Source of the DNA: an uncultured Gemmatimonadales bacterium
Lineage (GTDB): Bacteria; Gemmatimonadota; Gemmatimonadetes; Gemmatimonadales; GWC2-71-9
Assembly (NCBI GenBank): GCA_963779755.1
Contig: CAVZZO010000003.1
Coordinates: 448,001 to 512,000 of the forward strand
Direction: 5' to 3'
DNA length: 64,000 nt
Positions within the stretch are counted from its first letter, which is position 1. Each line of letters starts with the position of its first letter. The position numbers were made by a program, and so were the translations under genes. Under the pieces are notes generated by a model. The model did no database searches and had not been told where the DNA came from. It saw only the letters and a list, made by a program, of their open reading frames with translations. This document shows, in pieces, positions 39,189 through 47,892 of the stretch.

Positions 39189-41498
39189 ATGCGCCGGCTC
39201 GCGTTGTTTCTCCTCGTGTTGGCGGGTTCGGTCACCGCTCCCCGCGACGCCGTTTCCCAGTCGCCGGAGGTCCGGGCCTCGCTCGAGCGGCTTTGGCGGG
39301 CGAGGCATGTTTCTTCCACCTCCCTGAGCCCCCTCAGGGATTCGCTCTTCCGTCCCTCGAGCAATGCCTCCAGGCTGGCGGGCCTCTTCCTGCACCAGCA
39401 CGCGGCCGCAGCGGACGGCAATGCGGATGCGCTCTTCTCCACCGAGCGCGACCTGGGACGCTTCGCCCAGGAGCATCGGGACTGGCCCTGGGCCTGGACC
39501 ATGCTGGCCGAGGCGCGAGTTCAGCTCACCCAAACGGCCCGGATCAGCAAGGCCGGCCCGTTGCAGCCCGAGGGCGCGACCTGGGCCGAGGGCGCCGCCG
39601 CCGCCGCGGACCGGGCTCTCGAGCTGGACTCGCTCTTCACCCCGGCGGCGGAGGTGTTGCTGCAGCTCCTGCATACACCCGGGTTCGCCGTGGACTCCAC
39701 CGCCGTCCTCTCCCTGGTCACCCGCATGACCGATGGCCCGGGGCAGGTTCCCTCGTCCCTGCTGATTGGACGCTTCGAACTGGAAGCCGCCAACGGCATC
39801 GGCCCGGCGGCAGAGAACACCTTCCGCCGGATCCAGTCCCAGCGGGGGGACAGTGCCTCCCGGGCGGCCGCCGCCGCCGCGGCGCTCGCCAACGCTCGGA
39901 AGAACCTGGTGGCCGACAGCCTCGAGCTGGCCGGAACCCTGCTGGCCGGCTATCTGGAGGCCGGCGGCGACACGGCAGTCTATGACTTCGAGGCCGCCGC
40001 CCTCTGCTTCGCCCGGGCGCTGGCCGATTCAGCGAGCCGGCTCTATTACCAGGGCGCAGGCCGCCTCGCCAGAGACAGTATGGCCCGCTCCCTGTACCGC
40101 AATGACATCCACCTGATTGGGGACTCGGCCGAGCTTGCAGCCTTCGATCTCCTCCCCCCCGATTCTCTGCGCGGCTGGCTGGAGTATTTCTGGAGCGCGC
40201 GCGACGCGCGCAGCGGCCATCCCATCGGCGCCCGGCTGGCGGAACACCGCCGGCGCGTGCTGTACGCCCGGCGCAACTATTCCCGGCCCGCCGGGGTGAA
40301 GGTTCGGAGCTGGCTCTGGAACACCCGGCCGGAGCAGCTGGAGCGAGAGACGCGTCCGGCCAGCCTGCCGGAGCAGGAAACCACGGCGGCATCGCTGCTG
40401 GACGCATTCACCCGGGTCGGGACCGCCGGGGAGCACCCGAGTGGCGTCTTCGATGACCGGGGCCTGACATATATCCGCCATGGCCCGCCCGATCGTACAG
40501 CCCGGTACGCGGGACTGGCATACCTCTACAGCGAATCCTGGCTGTATCGCCGGCCGGTCGCGCCGCTGGTGCTGCACTTCGTCACTCCGAGCCGGAATCC
40601 TCCCGATTTCCGGCTGGTGGAGTATCCGGCTGGTGACCTGATGGATGCCTGCCAGCTGGACGCCTGGTATTGCAGCCTGGCCGGCAAGCAGAGTATCGGG
40701 GCCATGACGGAACGGGACCAGTTCCGTCTGCGGGAACGGGAACAGGAGCGCATCCGGCGCGACACCACGACCGACGACTTTCCGCTCCCCCTGGCGAAGA
40801 ACCTCAAGGCCGCGTATCGGGTGTACCGGCTCCCGCCGGCGCGCGGCACGGGCACGCTGCTCCTCATCGCCGCCTCGGCCGATCCCAAGGTTCCGGATTC
40901 CCGCCCGATTCATCTGGCCTACCGGGTCTCGGCGGTGTATCCGGCAGTCCGGCACATCATTCAGCTGGATACCGCCCTCACCATCCCGCCGGGAAAGCAC
41001 CGGGCCAGCACCACCCTGCTGGCCTACCACTTCCCGGCGGGGCACGTGCAACTCACGGTGGCGGTGATAGACAGCGCCGCCGGCAGCTCGGCCCTGGGGG
41101 TGGAGGACAGTCTCGATCTACCCGACTTCTCCGGCTCGGCGCCGGTGCTGAGCGATCTGCTGGTCGGTCTCCCGGACAGCCGGGTCCGCTGGCAGGACGG
41201 CGGCGCAGCCTTCCCGCTCTCGCCGGGCCAGACCTTCCGGGAGGGCGCCACGGTGACGGTGGCCTATGCCGTCCGCGGCTTCAGCGGCGACGTGCGAACC
41301 ACCATCGAGATTCGCCGGGGCGACAAGGCACGAACCAGCGTGTCCTTCACCGAGCCGCTCGACCCGAAAGAGCTCCTGGTTCAGCGCCGCATCGGGCTCG
41401 GCAAGCTGGGCTGGGGGAATTACACGTTGCGGGTGACCCTGACGGAGCTGGCGACGGGACGGGAGCTGAGTCGGGAGACGGAGATTGTGGTGAAGTAG
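39189..41498 (+). CDS. Secreted GWxTD-domain-like protein
   Basis: Signal peptide MRRLALFLLVLA; FWSARD...EHRRRVLYA...DDRGLTYIRHGPPD...ESWLY; C-terminal LSDLLVG and GNYTLRVTLT beta domains. Confidence 0.75.
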   Translation: MRRLALFLLVLAGSVTAPRDAVSQSPEVRASLERLWRARHVSSTSLSPLRDSLFRPSSNASRLAGLFLHQHAAAADGNADALFSTERDLGRFAQEHRDWPWAWTMLAEARVQLTQTARISKAGPLQPEGATWAEGAAAAADRALELDSLFTPAAEVLLQLLHTPGFAVDSTAVLSLVTRMTDGPGQVPSSLLIGRFELEAANGIGPAAENTFRRIQSQRGDSASRAAAAAAALANARKNLVADSLELAGTLLAGYLEAGGDTAVYDFEAAALCFARALADSASRLYYQGAGRLARDSMARSLYRNDIHLIGDSAELAAFDLLPPDSLRGWLEYFWSARDARSGHPIGARLAEHRRRVLYARRNYSRPAGVKVRSWLWNTRPEQLERETRPASLPEQETTAASLLDAFTRVGTAGEHPSGVFDDRGLTYIRHGPPDRTARYAGLAYLYSESWLYRRPVAPLVLHFVTPSRNPPDFRLVEYPAGDLMDACQLDAWYCSLAGKQSIGAMTERDQFRLREREQERIRRDTTTDDFPLPLAKNLKAAYRVYRLPPARGTGTLLLIAASADPKVPDSRPIHLAYRVSAVYPAVRHIIQLDTALTIPPGKHRASTTLLAYHFPAGHVQLTVAVIDSAAGSSALGVEDSLDLPDFSGSAPVLSDLLVGLPDSRVRWQDGGAAFPLSPGQTFREGATVTVAYAVRGFSGDVRTTIEIRRGDKARTSVSFTEPLDPKELLVQRRIGLGKLGWGNYTLRVTLTELATGRELSRETEIVVK

Positions 41499-41504
41499 TC
41501 GCTA

Positions 41505-42642
41505 GTGTTGCGTCTCAGAAATCATGTTAACGTCGCAGGGCTTTCTTGATGATCTCTGCGGGCGTCTTCGTCCAGATGAAGGGCCGAGGATCGGCATTCC
41601 AAGGGGCCAGGTAATGCTCAATGTGTCGAACCAGTGCGCGGACGGAGCGGAACGAGGCGCGGCGCCCGGACTGGCGCGTCAGGACGCCGAACCACGCTTC
41701 GATGAGATTGAGCCAGGACGCGCCCGTCGGGGTGAAATGAAAGTGCACGCGCGGGTGGACGGCGAGCCAGGCTTTGATGGCCGGCGTCGAGTGCGTCGAC
41801 GAATTATCGAGGATCACATGCAAGGGCTGCCGGGGGTAGGTCCGCGCCAGCTGCTTGAGGAAGCGGAGGAAGTCCGCGGCCGTGTGGCGCGGGGAGCACG
41901 TGCCGGGAACGCGACCCGAGCCGACTTCGAGCGCGGCGTAGAGGCTGGTGAGGCCATGGCGGCGATAGTCGTGAGTCTGGCGGGCCGGCAGGTGCGGGCG
42001 CAGCGGCAAGAGCGGCTGCGTCCGCTCGAGCGCCTGGATCTGCGTCTTCTCATCCACACTCAGCACGACGGCATTGGTGGGCGGGGCGAGATAGAGTCCG
42101 ACCACGTCCTGGATCTTGGCTTCGGCGGCCGGGTCGGTCGTGAACTTGAACGTCTCCTGGCGATGGGGCTGGAGCGCGTGGCCGCGCCAGAGGCGTTGCA
42201 CGGTGCTCGGGGAGACGCCCACTCGCTTGGCCAATTCCCGGGTACTCCATTGGGAGAGCCCCGGGGGCGGCGCCTGGAGGGTGAGCGCCAAGATCCGGGC
42301 CCGTTTGGCCTCGCTCACCGTTGCGGGGCGGCCGGCGCGGGGGCGCTCGCCCAAGCCCAGCACCCCTTCGGCGGCGTAGCGGGCGCGCACGCGACTGATC
42401 TGGACCGGGGTATAGCCGGTGCGCTCGGCGATGGTGGTCCCCGGCAAGCCCTCGGCCATCAGCAACACCGCCCGGGCGCGGCGACTCAGCCCCGCCGGCG
42501 TGGTCGACGCCCGCACCAATCCTTCCAGCAGTTCACGATCGTCGGCGGTCACGGCGATAGGGCGCGAGTGATTGGCCATGCGGTTCCTCCCGGGCGCATT
42601 CCCGAGAGGCAATATATTATCATGACTTCTGACGCGCTACAC
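41505..42642 (-). mobile_element. IS630-family insertion sequence, 1138 bp, TA target duplication
   Basis: Ends TAGTGTTGCGTCTCAGAAATCATG vs (revcomp) TAGTGTAGCGCGTCAGAAGTCATG, 20/24 match including TA; both ends in CTAG context. Confidence 0.92.
41527..42579 (-). CDS. IS630-family transposase
   Basis: N-terminal HTH (RRARAVLL, WSTRELA); DDE triad VDEK / ILDNSSTH / SWLNLIE; GGAGG RBS; uninterrupted frame. Confidence 0.95.
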   Translation of the reverse strand: MANHSRPIAVTADDRELLEGLVRASTTPAGLSRRARAVLLMAEGLPGTTIAERTGYTPVQISRVRARYAAEGVLGLGERPRAGRPATVSEAKRARILALTLQAPPPGLSQWSTRELAKRVGVSPSTVQRLWRGHALQPHRQETFKFTTDPAAEAKIQDVVGLYLAPPTNAVVLSVDEKTQIQALERTQPLLPLRPHLPARQTHDYRRHGLTSLYAALEVGSGRVPGTCSPRHTAADFLRFLKQLARTYPRQPLHVILDNSSTHSTPAIKAWLAVHPRVHFHFTPTGASWLNLIEAWFGVLTRQSGRRASFRSVRALVRHIEHYLAPWNADPRPFIWTKTPAEIIKKALRR

Positions 42643-42722
42643 TAGTTGCTAGTCGGAAGCTAGCTCGGCGCGAGGGCCGGGTGTGCGCAGGCACAACCGC
42701 ACCGGAGGGTGGCGTGTGGTAT

Positions 42723-42791
42723 GACTAATGACTAATGACTAATGACTAATGACTAATGACTAATGACTAATGACTAGCGACTAGCGACCAC
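42723..42791. repeat. Heptamer array (GACTAAT)x7 + (GACTAGC)x2
   Basis: Seven perfect units 42723-42771; overlaps 3' end of the DUF4112 gene. Confidence 0.95.
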
Positions 42792-43240
42792 ACCTCCCCC
42801 AGCAACCAGACCCCCGCCCACGCCGCCAGGCCCAACAGCGCCAACATTCCACCCACCACTCCACTCAGCACCCACCGGCTCGCGCGCCGCGCGTTCGCCG
42901 GATTCGCCAGGAACTGTTCCAGCAGCTTCCGGTTCCGCGTGTTCGCCTTCCAGGCGAAATCGAAAACATCGCCCAGGAGCGGGACCATGCCCACCAGGGT
43001 GTCTATCCCGATGTTGAGCAGCATCCGGAGCAGAATGGCCGGGGGTGCGCCGATCGAGACCCCCACCACGAACCCATAGGCCGAGATGATCCCGCCGGCC
43101 AGATCTCCCAGGCCCGGAATGAGGCCGATGATCCCGTCGAGCCCGATGCGGAAGCCGGTACCGGGAATCGGCACCGCCTCGTCCATGAGCCGGGCGAGTC
43201 GGCGGAAGTGCTGCAGCCTGCGGGCCAGGATCTGGCTCAC
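42767..43240 (-). CDS. DUF4112 family membrane protein
   Basis: LARLMDEAVPIPGTGFRIGLDGIIGLIPGLGD, GMVPLLGDVFDFAWKANTRN. Confidence 0.9.
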   Translation of the reverse strand: MSQILARRLQHFRRLARLMDEAVPIPGTGFRIGLDGIIGLIPGLGDLAGGIISAYGFVVGVSIGAPPAILLRMLLNIGIDTLVGMVPLLGDVFDFAWKANTRNRKLLEQFLANPANARRASRWVLSGVVGGMLALLGLAAWAGVWLLGEVWSLVASH

Positions 43241-43276
43241 CGTCCTCCCCGGGATGTTGCACTAGGTTCCTGGTCC

Positions 43277-44986
43277 ATGGGACCCCCATTCCGCCGCCCC
43301 CGCTTCGGATGGGCGATGCTGCTGGCGGCCACTCTGGCGTTCGGCACCGGACTGCTCCAGGCGGCCTGGCTGGCCTGGCGGCTCCACGTCCGCCACCGGC
43401 TCATCTGGCGGGGTCCGGACTACCTGTGGATGTCACCCGCCTCCTATCTCCTGCCCTTCCTGGCGCTCGCCCTGGCCAGCTGGGCGGTACTCGCGCTGGT
43501 TTGGTGGAAATGGCCGGCCATCGACGGCCGGCGCATCCTGGGCGGGATTCTCCTCTTCGCCGCCACCCTGTCGCTGACGCTGCTCATTCCCAACATGCAC
43601 CCCCTGGCACAGGTGCTCCTGGCCCTGGGGTTGGCCTGGGCCGGCAGCCGACTGGTATCCCGGGCGCCAGTCCGGCGGCTCGCCGCGCTGGCCCTGGGGA
43701 TGGCCGCCCTGATCGTTGTGCCGGCCGCCGGAAGTGAGTTCCGCGACGCGCGGCGCCACCGGGCCGCCATGGCCGCACTGCCCGAGGCACCGCCCGGCGC
43801 TCCCAGCATCCTGCTCATCATTCTGGACACCGTCCGTGCCGCAAGCCTGAGCCTCTACGGCTATCATCGCCCGACCACGCCCGCACTGGAGCGCTGGGCC
43901 CGCCAGGGCGTGGTTTTCGACTATGCCGTCAGCCCCGCTCCCTGGACGCTCACCTCGCACGCGAGCATGTTCACCGGCCACCGGGCTGCCGAGCTTTCGG
44001 CCGACTGGACCAGGCCGCTGGATGCAACATTCCCCACCCTGGCCGAAGTGTTGCGGGACCAGGGGTATTTCACCGCCGGGTTCGTCGCCAACACCTATTA
44101 CGCGGGGTGGGATTCCGGCCTCGATCGCGGTTTTGTGGAGTATCACGCCTATCAGCGCACCCTGGAACAGGTGCTCTGGTCGAGCACCCTGGCCCAGACC
44201 AATCTGGCCAAGTCCCTGCTCTGGAGCAGCGGCTGGGGCGACGTGCGGCACGCCCTGCTGCACCCCGACCTGACCATGGACCCGCTGCGCCTGGCCGACC
44301 GGAAGCGGGCGACCAGGGTTACCGACGAGTTTCTCACCTGGCAGGGGCAGCACGGGAAGCGTCCGTTCTTTGCCTTTCTGAACTACTTCGACGCTCATGA
44401 GGCGTACAAGCCGCCGCCCCGCTATCGCCACTTGTTCGCCGCCAGGCCGGACAAGCGTGATCTCTACGAGAGCTGCATCCGCTACCTCGACGACGAGCTC
44501 GACCGGCTGCTCACCACTCTGCAGCGGCGGGGGGTGCTCGACCGGACCATCGTGGTGATCGCCAGCGACCATGGCGAATACCTGGGCGAGCATGGGCTCT
44601 GGGGCCACGGCAAGGGTATGCACCTGGAGGTCCTGCACGTCCCGCTCGTCCTGCGCTATCCCGCCCATGTGCCGGCCGGCCGGCGGGTGGAGCACGTCGT
44701 CTCGCTTCAGAATCTTCCCGCCACCTTGCTGGCGCTGGCGGGCAGCCCGGCGGCGCTTCCGGGAGCATCGCTGAGCCGCGCCTGGGATAGTTCCGCGGCC
44801 CTGCCGGACTCGGCCGTCGCCAGCACTACCTACTACGAAGACGGCTGGCTGCCGCGAGCCCGCCAGCGCTGGATCGAGGCGGTCGTCACCGATTCCACCC
44901 ACCGGATCATCCAATCGGACGGGAGGCAGGAGCTGTACCGCTACCGGGGTGATCCGGGGGAAGTCACGAATCTTGCACCCAGGTGA
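43277..44986 (+). CDS. Membrane-anchored sulfatase-like hydrolase/transferase (alkaline phosphatase superfamily)
   Basis: About 5 N-terminal TM helices; IILDTVRA, WTLTSHASMFTG, YFDAH, SDHGE, GHG, HVPL. Confidence 0.88.
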   Translation: MGPPFRRPRFGWAMLLAATLAFGTGLLQAAWLAWRLHVRHRLIWRGPDYLWMSPASYLLPFLALALASWAVLALVWWKWPAIDGRRILGGILLFAATLSLTLLIPNMHPLAQVLLALGLAWAGSRLVSRAPVRRLAALALGMAALIVVPAAGSEFRDARRHRAAMAALPEAPPGAPSILLIILDTVRAASLSLYGYHRPTTPALERWARQGVVFDYAVSPAPWTLTSHASMFTGHRAAELSADWTRPLDATFPTLAEVLRDQGYFTAGFVANTYYAGWDSGLDRGFVEYHAYQRTLEQVLWSSTLAQTNLAKSLLWSSGWGDVRHALLHPDLTMDPLRLADRKRATRVTDEFLTWQGQHGKRPFFAFLNYFDAHEAYKPPPRYRHLFAARPDKRDLYESCIRYLDDELDRLLTTLQRRGVLDRTIVVIASDHGEYLGEHGLWGHGKGMHLEVLHVPLVLRYPAHVPAGRRVEHVVSLQNLPATLLALAGSPAALPGASLSRAWDSSAALPDSAVASTTYYEDGWLPRARQRWIEAVVTDSTHRIIQSDGRQELYRYRGDPGEVTNLAPR

Positions 44987-45097
44987 TCGGGTCCCTTCAA
45001 GCTTCGACCGGCTTGCCCTGATTCCACTCCTGCAACCATACCAGGAGCGGCTGGCAGCACTCCACTACGGCCCCGGCAAGAAGGTCCCGTGGAGGGC

Positions 45098-45128
45098 CCT
45101 GACTCCCGATTCCTGCTCCCTGATTCCT
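45098..45128. repeat. Heptamer array (CCTGATT family) abutting a TAG stop
   Basis: cctgact cccgatt cctgctc cctgatt cc. Confidence 0.7.
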
Positions 45129-45573
45129 ACTGCTTGATCAGCGTAGCATCCAGTGTTGCGGCCTCGTCGCCGCTGCCGAAATCGAAGGTCAGCCCCTGGG
45201 TAAAGTGGACGGTGAGGGTGTTGCCGTTGACCGAGAAGGTACCGGAGGTCACCTCATTGGTGGCGTCGGTCAGGGTGATCGCATTGCCGTTCACCGTTGC
45301 CGTTCCGGTCGCCGTATCCGGGCTGATCCCCTGGGTGGTGGTCACGGCGGTGTAGCCGCCCGAAGCATCGAAGGTGAGTTCGATGCCCAGACCGGAGGCG
45401 ATGCCGTCGATGGTATTGGACGGGTTGGCCTGAGAAGTAAGGGTGATCTGGGTTGCATCCCAGGTTCCGACCAGTGCACTCACACTGGGCCCGGTGGGCT
45501 TGTCGCTGCTGCAGGCGGCGCCGAGCAGGAGCAGGGAGGCCAGGGCAAGCCTCCGCGGAACGGTGGTGGGCAT
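45127..45573 (-). CDS. Lipocalin-like lipoprotein
   Basis: Lipobox LGAAC; LVGTW motif; LTFDASGGY, GTFSVNGNTLTV; AGGAGG RBS. Confidence 0.8.
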   Translation of the reverse strand: MPTTVPRRLALASLLLLGAACSSDKPTGPSVSALVGTWDATQITLTSQANPSNTIDGIASGLGIELTFDASGGYTAVTTTQGISPDTATGTATVNGNAITLTDATNEVTSGTFSVNGNTLTVHFTQGLTFDFGSGDEAATLDATLIKQ

Positions 45574-45730
45574 GGGGGGTGCCTCCTATTCCAGAGCTGA
45601 ATTGCCGGTGCGGGCCGGCCAAGGACCGCTGCACCGTGGGGTTTTCCAACTTAGAACCCGCCCGCCCGAAAGGAAACCGGGGTACAGAACCAGGGCCGCA
45701 TACGGAGCGGGCCGCCCGGCCCCCCCCCCG

Positions 45731-45797
45731 AATCCTGACTCCTCACTCCTCCTCCCTTGTCCCTTGTCCCTCGTCCCTCGTCCCTTGTCCCTTGCCC
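45731..45797. repeat. Heptamer arrays upstream of rpsF: short CCTGACT-type, then (CCCTYGT)x6
   Basis: aatcctg actcctc actcctc; cccttgt cccttgt ccctcgt ccctcgt cccttgt cccttgc. Confidence 0.9.
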
Positions 45798-45813
45798 CCC
45801 TTGGGTTTACCTT
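45785..45813 (+). promoter_or_regulatory. Putative sigma70 promoter for rpsF operon; -35 lies inside the repeat array
   Basis: TTGTCC-17nt-TACCTT. Confidence 0.5.
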
Positions 45814-45830
45814 CCCGCCCGTCAGCCAAT

Positions 45831-45885
45831 TCTCCTCCTCGGTCTCACACCGGAACCGGGGCAGATTCACCGACCGAAGGAAGGT
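45831..45885 (+). promoter_or_regulatory. Candidate S6:S18 ribosomal-protein leader structure
   Basis: TCCTCGGTC can pair with GACCGAAGGA (overlapping the SD) around CCG-containing internal sequence; position matches known rpsF leaders. Confidence 0.4.
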
Positions 45886-45888
45886 GTC

Positions 45889-46227
45889 ATGACCCGCCTG
45901 TACGAGGTGGTCTATATCTTCGACAGTGCCCTCGAAGAGACCGCCATCAATGAAAAACTCGAGCGGTTCCACCAGTTGGTCAGCCTGGGCGACGACAAGG
46001 CCCCCGAGCTGAACCACTGGGGCAAGCGCACCCTGGCCTACCCCATCGCCAAGCACGAGACCGGCTATTACGTCATCGCCAAGTTCGAGACCTCGGGCGA
46101 AAAGCTCCCCGAGTTCGAGCGGGCGGTGAAGCTGGACGATGGCGTCCTCCGGTTCCTCGTTGTCCTGAGTGAAGGCGAACAGACCGCCCCGGTGGGCGGC
46201 AAGTCGGACGAGGAGGACGAGGAATGA
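45889..46227 (+). CDS. rpsF: 30S ribosomal protein S6
   Basis: [29 protein letters not shown]. Confidence 0.96.
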   Translation: MTRLYEVVYIFDSALEETAINEKLERFHQLVSLGDDKAPELNHWGKRTLAYPIAKHETGYYVIAKFETSGEKLPEFERAVKLDDGVLRFLVVLSEGEQTAPVGGKSDEEDEE

Positions 46228-46445
46228 AACGGGCCCAGAAGGTCTGCCCCATCTGCGAGACCAGCGTCCGCGTGGTGGATTACAAGGACGAGCGGCTCCT
46301 GTCCCGCTTCCTCACGGAACGGGGCAAGATCCTGCCGCGCCGGCTCTCGGGCTGCTGCGCCCGGCACCAGCGGCAGCTGAGCACCGCCATCAAGCGCGCC
46401 CGCGAGCTCGCCATTCTGCCCTACATCAAGGGCCATATCGGCTGA
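46224..46445 (+). CDS. rpsR: 30S ribosomal protein S18 (Cys-containing form)
   Basis: [30 protein letters not shown]. Confidence 0.97.
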   Translation: MKRAQKVCPICETSVRVVDYKDERLLSRFLTERGKILPRRLSGCCARHQRQLSTAIKRARELAILPYIKGHIG

Positions 46446-46462
46446 ACGGCACGCGTCCGGCA

Positions 46463-47434
46463 ATGGCGCCCCCCGCCCCCGTTCCTGCCCGGGCTCCGGG
46501 CCGGACGGCCGGCACGGCTCTGGCCGTGATCGGGTTCTTCCTGATCTCGCCAACGCCCCTGCTGCTGTTCGGGCCGCTGACGGCGCTGCTCCTGGCGGCG
46601 CGGCCCGTCAGCGGGCGCGAGTGGTGGTGGCTGGCCGGGTCCGCCACGGTGCTCGGCCTTTGGCTGGGGGCGCCTGCGGGGACGGTCGATCAGGTCGCCA
46701 ATGCCGCCGCGGTGCTGCTGAGCGGCGCCTGGCTGGTGCTGGCCTGGAAGGGTAGCGGCCCCGCCGCCCGGCGCGTGGCCTGGGCAGTGGGATTCGCCGG
46801 CTCCGCCCTGGTCTTCTGGTGCGCGGTCTGGGGCATCGGCTGGGCCGAGATCTCCTTCTCGCTGGTGCGGGAGTGGCGCCAGTTCGCCGGGCTCCTGCTG
46901 GATCAGAGCGGGGCCGGCGGGCCCGCCGCCGAGTTCCTGCAGCAGGTGATGGCGGCGGCGGGCCCCATGGCGCGGCTCTTCCCCGCCCGCCTCATTCTGG
47001 GAGGCACGCTGGGAACCCTGCTCGCGGCGGGGTGGCATCACCGGATCTCGGCGCATCCGGTGGGGCCGGCGCCGGGAAGCTTCGGCGAGTTCCGCTTCCC
47101 CGATGCCGTGGTCTGGCTGCTGATCGCGGCCATCGCAGTGCTGGTGCTGCCGGAGACACTGCAGCACCTGGCCAATCGACCCACCGTGGGGCCGCCACCC
47201 GCCATCCGGCTGGGCGCGCTCAACCTGCTGGTGGTCTGTGCGGCCCTCTACGGTGTGCGGGGTATGGCCGTGCTGGCGCGGCTCTTACACCCCGGCAACA
47301 TGGCGATCGTGTTCGCCTTTGTCGTGCTGCTTCTGTTACCTTTTACCCTGATAGGTCTGGCAGGACTGGGCCTGGCCGACACCTGGGTGGATTTCCGGCG
47401 GCGCCTGGAGCGCCGCTCGCTGGAGGATGAATGA
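46463..47434 (+). CDS. YybS/DUF2232 family membrane protein
   Basis: Multi-TM, FGEFRFP..VVW, GLADTWVDFRRR; typical rpsR-rplI position. Confidence 0.85.
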   Translation: MAPPAPVPARAPGRTAGTALAVIGFFLISPTPLLLFGPLTALLLAARPVSGREWWWLAGSATVLGLWLGAPAGTVDQVANAAAVLLSGAWLVLAWKGSGPAARRVAWAVGFAGSALVFWCAVWGIGWAEISFSLVREWRQFAGLLLDQSGAGGPAAEFLQQVMAAAGPMARLFPARLILGGTLGTLLAAGWHHRISAHPVGPAPGSFGEFRFPDAVVWLLIAAIAVLVLPETLQHLANRPTVGPPPAIRLGALNLLVVCAALYGVRGMAVLARLLHPGNMAIVFAFVVLLLLPFTLIGLAGLGLADTWVDFRRRLERRSLEDE

Positions 47435-47880
47435 TCGAGCTCATTCTGCGGGAAGATGTCAAACACCTGGGCAAGGCCGGCCAGGTAGTCAAGGTGAAAC
47501 CGGGCTACGCCCGTAATTTCCTGCTGCCGCACGGGTTGGCGTACGAAGCGACCGAAGGCAACAAGAAGCGCATCCAGGCCGAATCCCGCGCCCGGAATGT
47601 GCGCCTCGCCGCCGAGAAGAACGAAGCCGAGGCCGTGGCGGCCCGGCTCAACGAGGTCACGCTCAGCATCCCGGGCAACGCGGGCGAAGAGGGTCGCCTC
47701 TTCGGCTCCGTCACCGCCCAGGATATCGCCACCGAGCTCAACGCGCTGGGCCACAGGATCGACCGCCGGCGCATCGACCTGGAGCATCCGCTCAAGACCC
47801 TGGGCGACCACTCGGTGTCCATCCGCCTGCACCCTGAAGTGGAGGCGACCATCCGGGTAACGATCGTTCCCCAGGGCTAA
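47431..47880 (+). CDS. rplI: 50S ribosomal protein L9
   Basis: LGKAGQVVKVKPGYARNFLLP, GRLFGSVT. Confidence 0.97.
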   Translation: MIELILREDVKHLGKAGQVVKVKPGYARNFLLPHGLAYEATEGNKKRIQAESRARNVRLAAEKNEAEAVAARLNEVTLSIPGNAGEEGRLFGSVTAQDIATELNALGHRIDRRRIDLEHPLKTLGDHSVSIRLHPEVEATIRVTIVPQG

Positions 47881-47892
47881 CCGGGCGCCCGG

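Noticed and set aside
41524..42645. 373-aa plus-strand ORF spanning the IS
   Set aside because: Antisense to the intact IS630 transposase.
44987..45097. Short ORF or gene remnant after the sulfatase-like gene
   Set aside because: No convincing start, RBS or recognisable motif; cannot be supported without a search.
45720..45729. Poly-C tract as a phase-variation switch
   Set aside because: Intergenic and not between identifiable promoter boxes; no evidence of variation from a single sequence.
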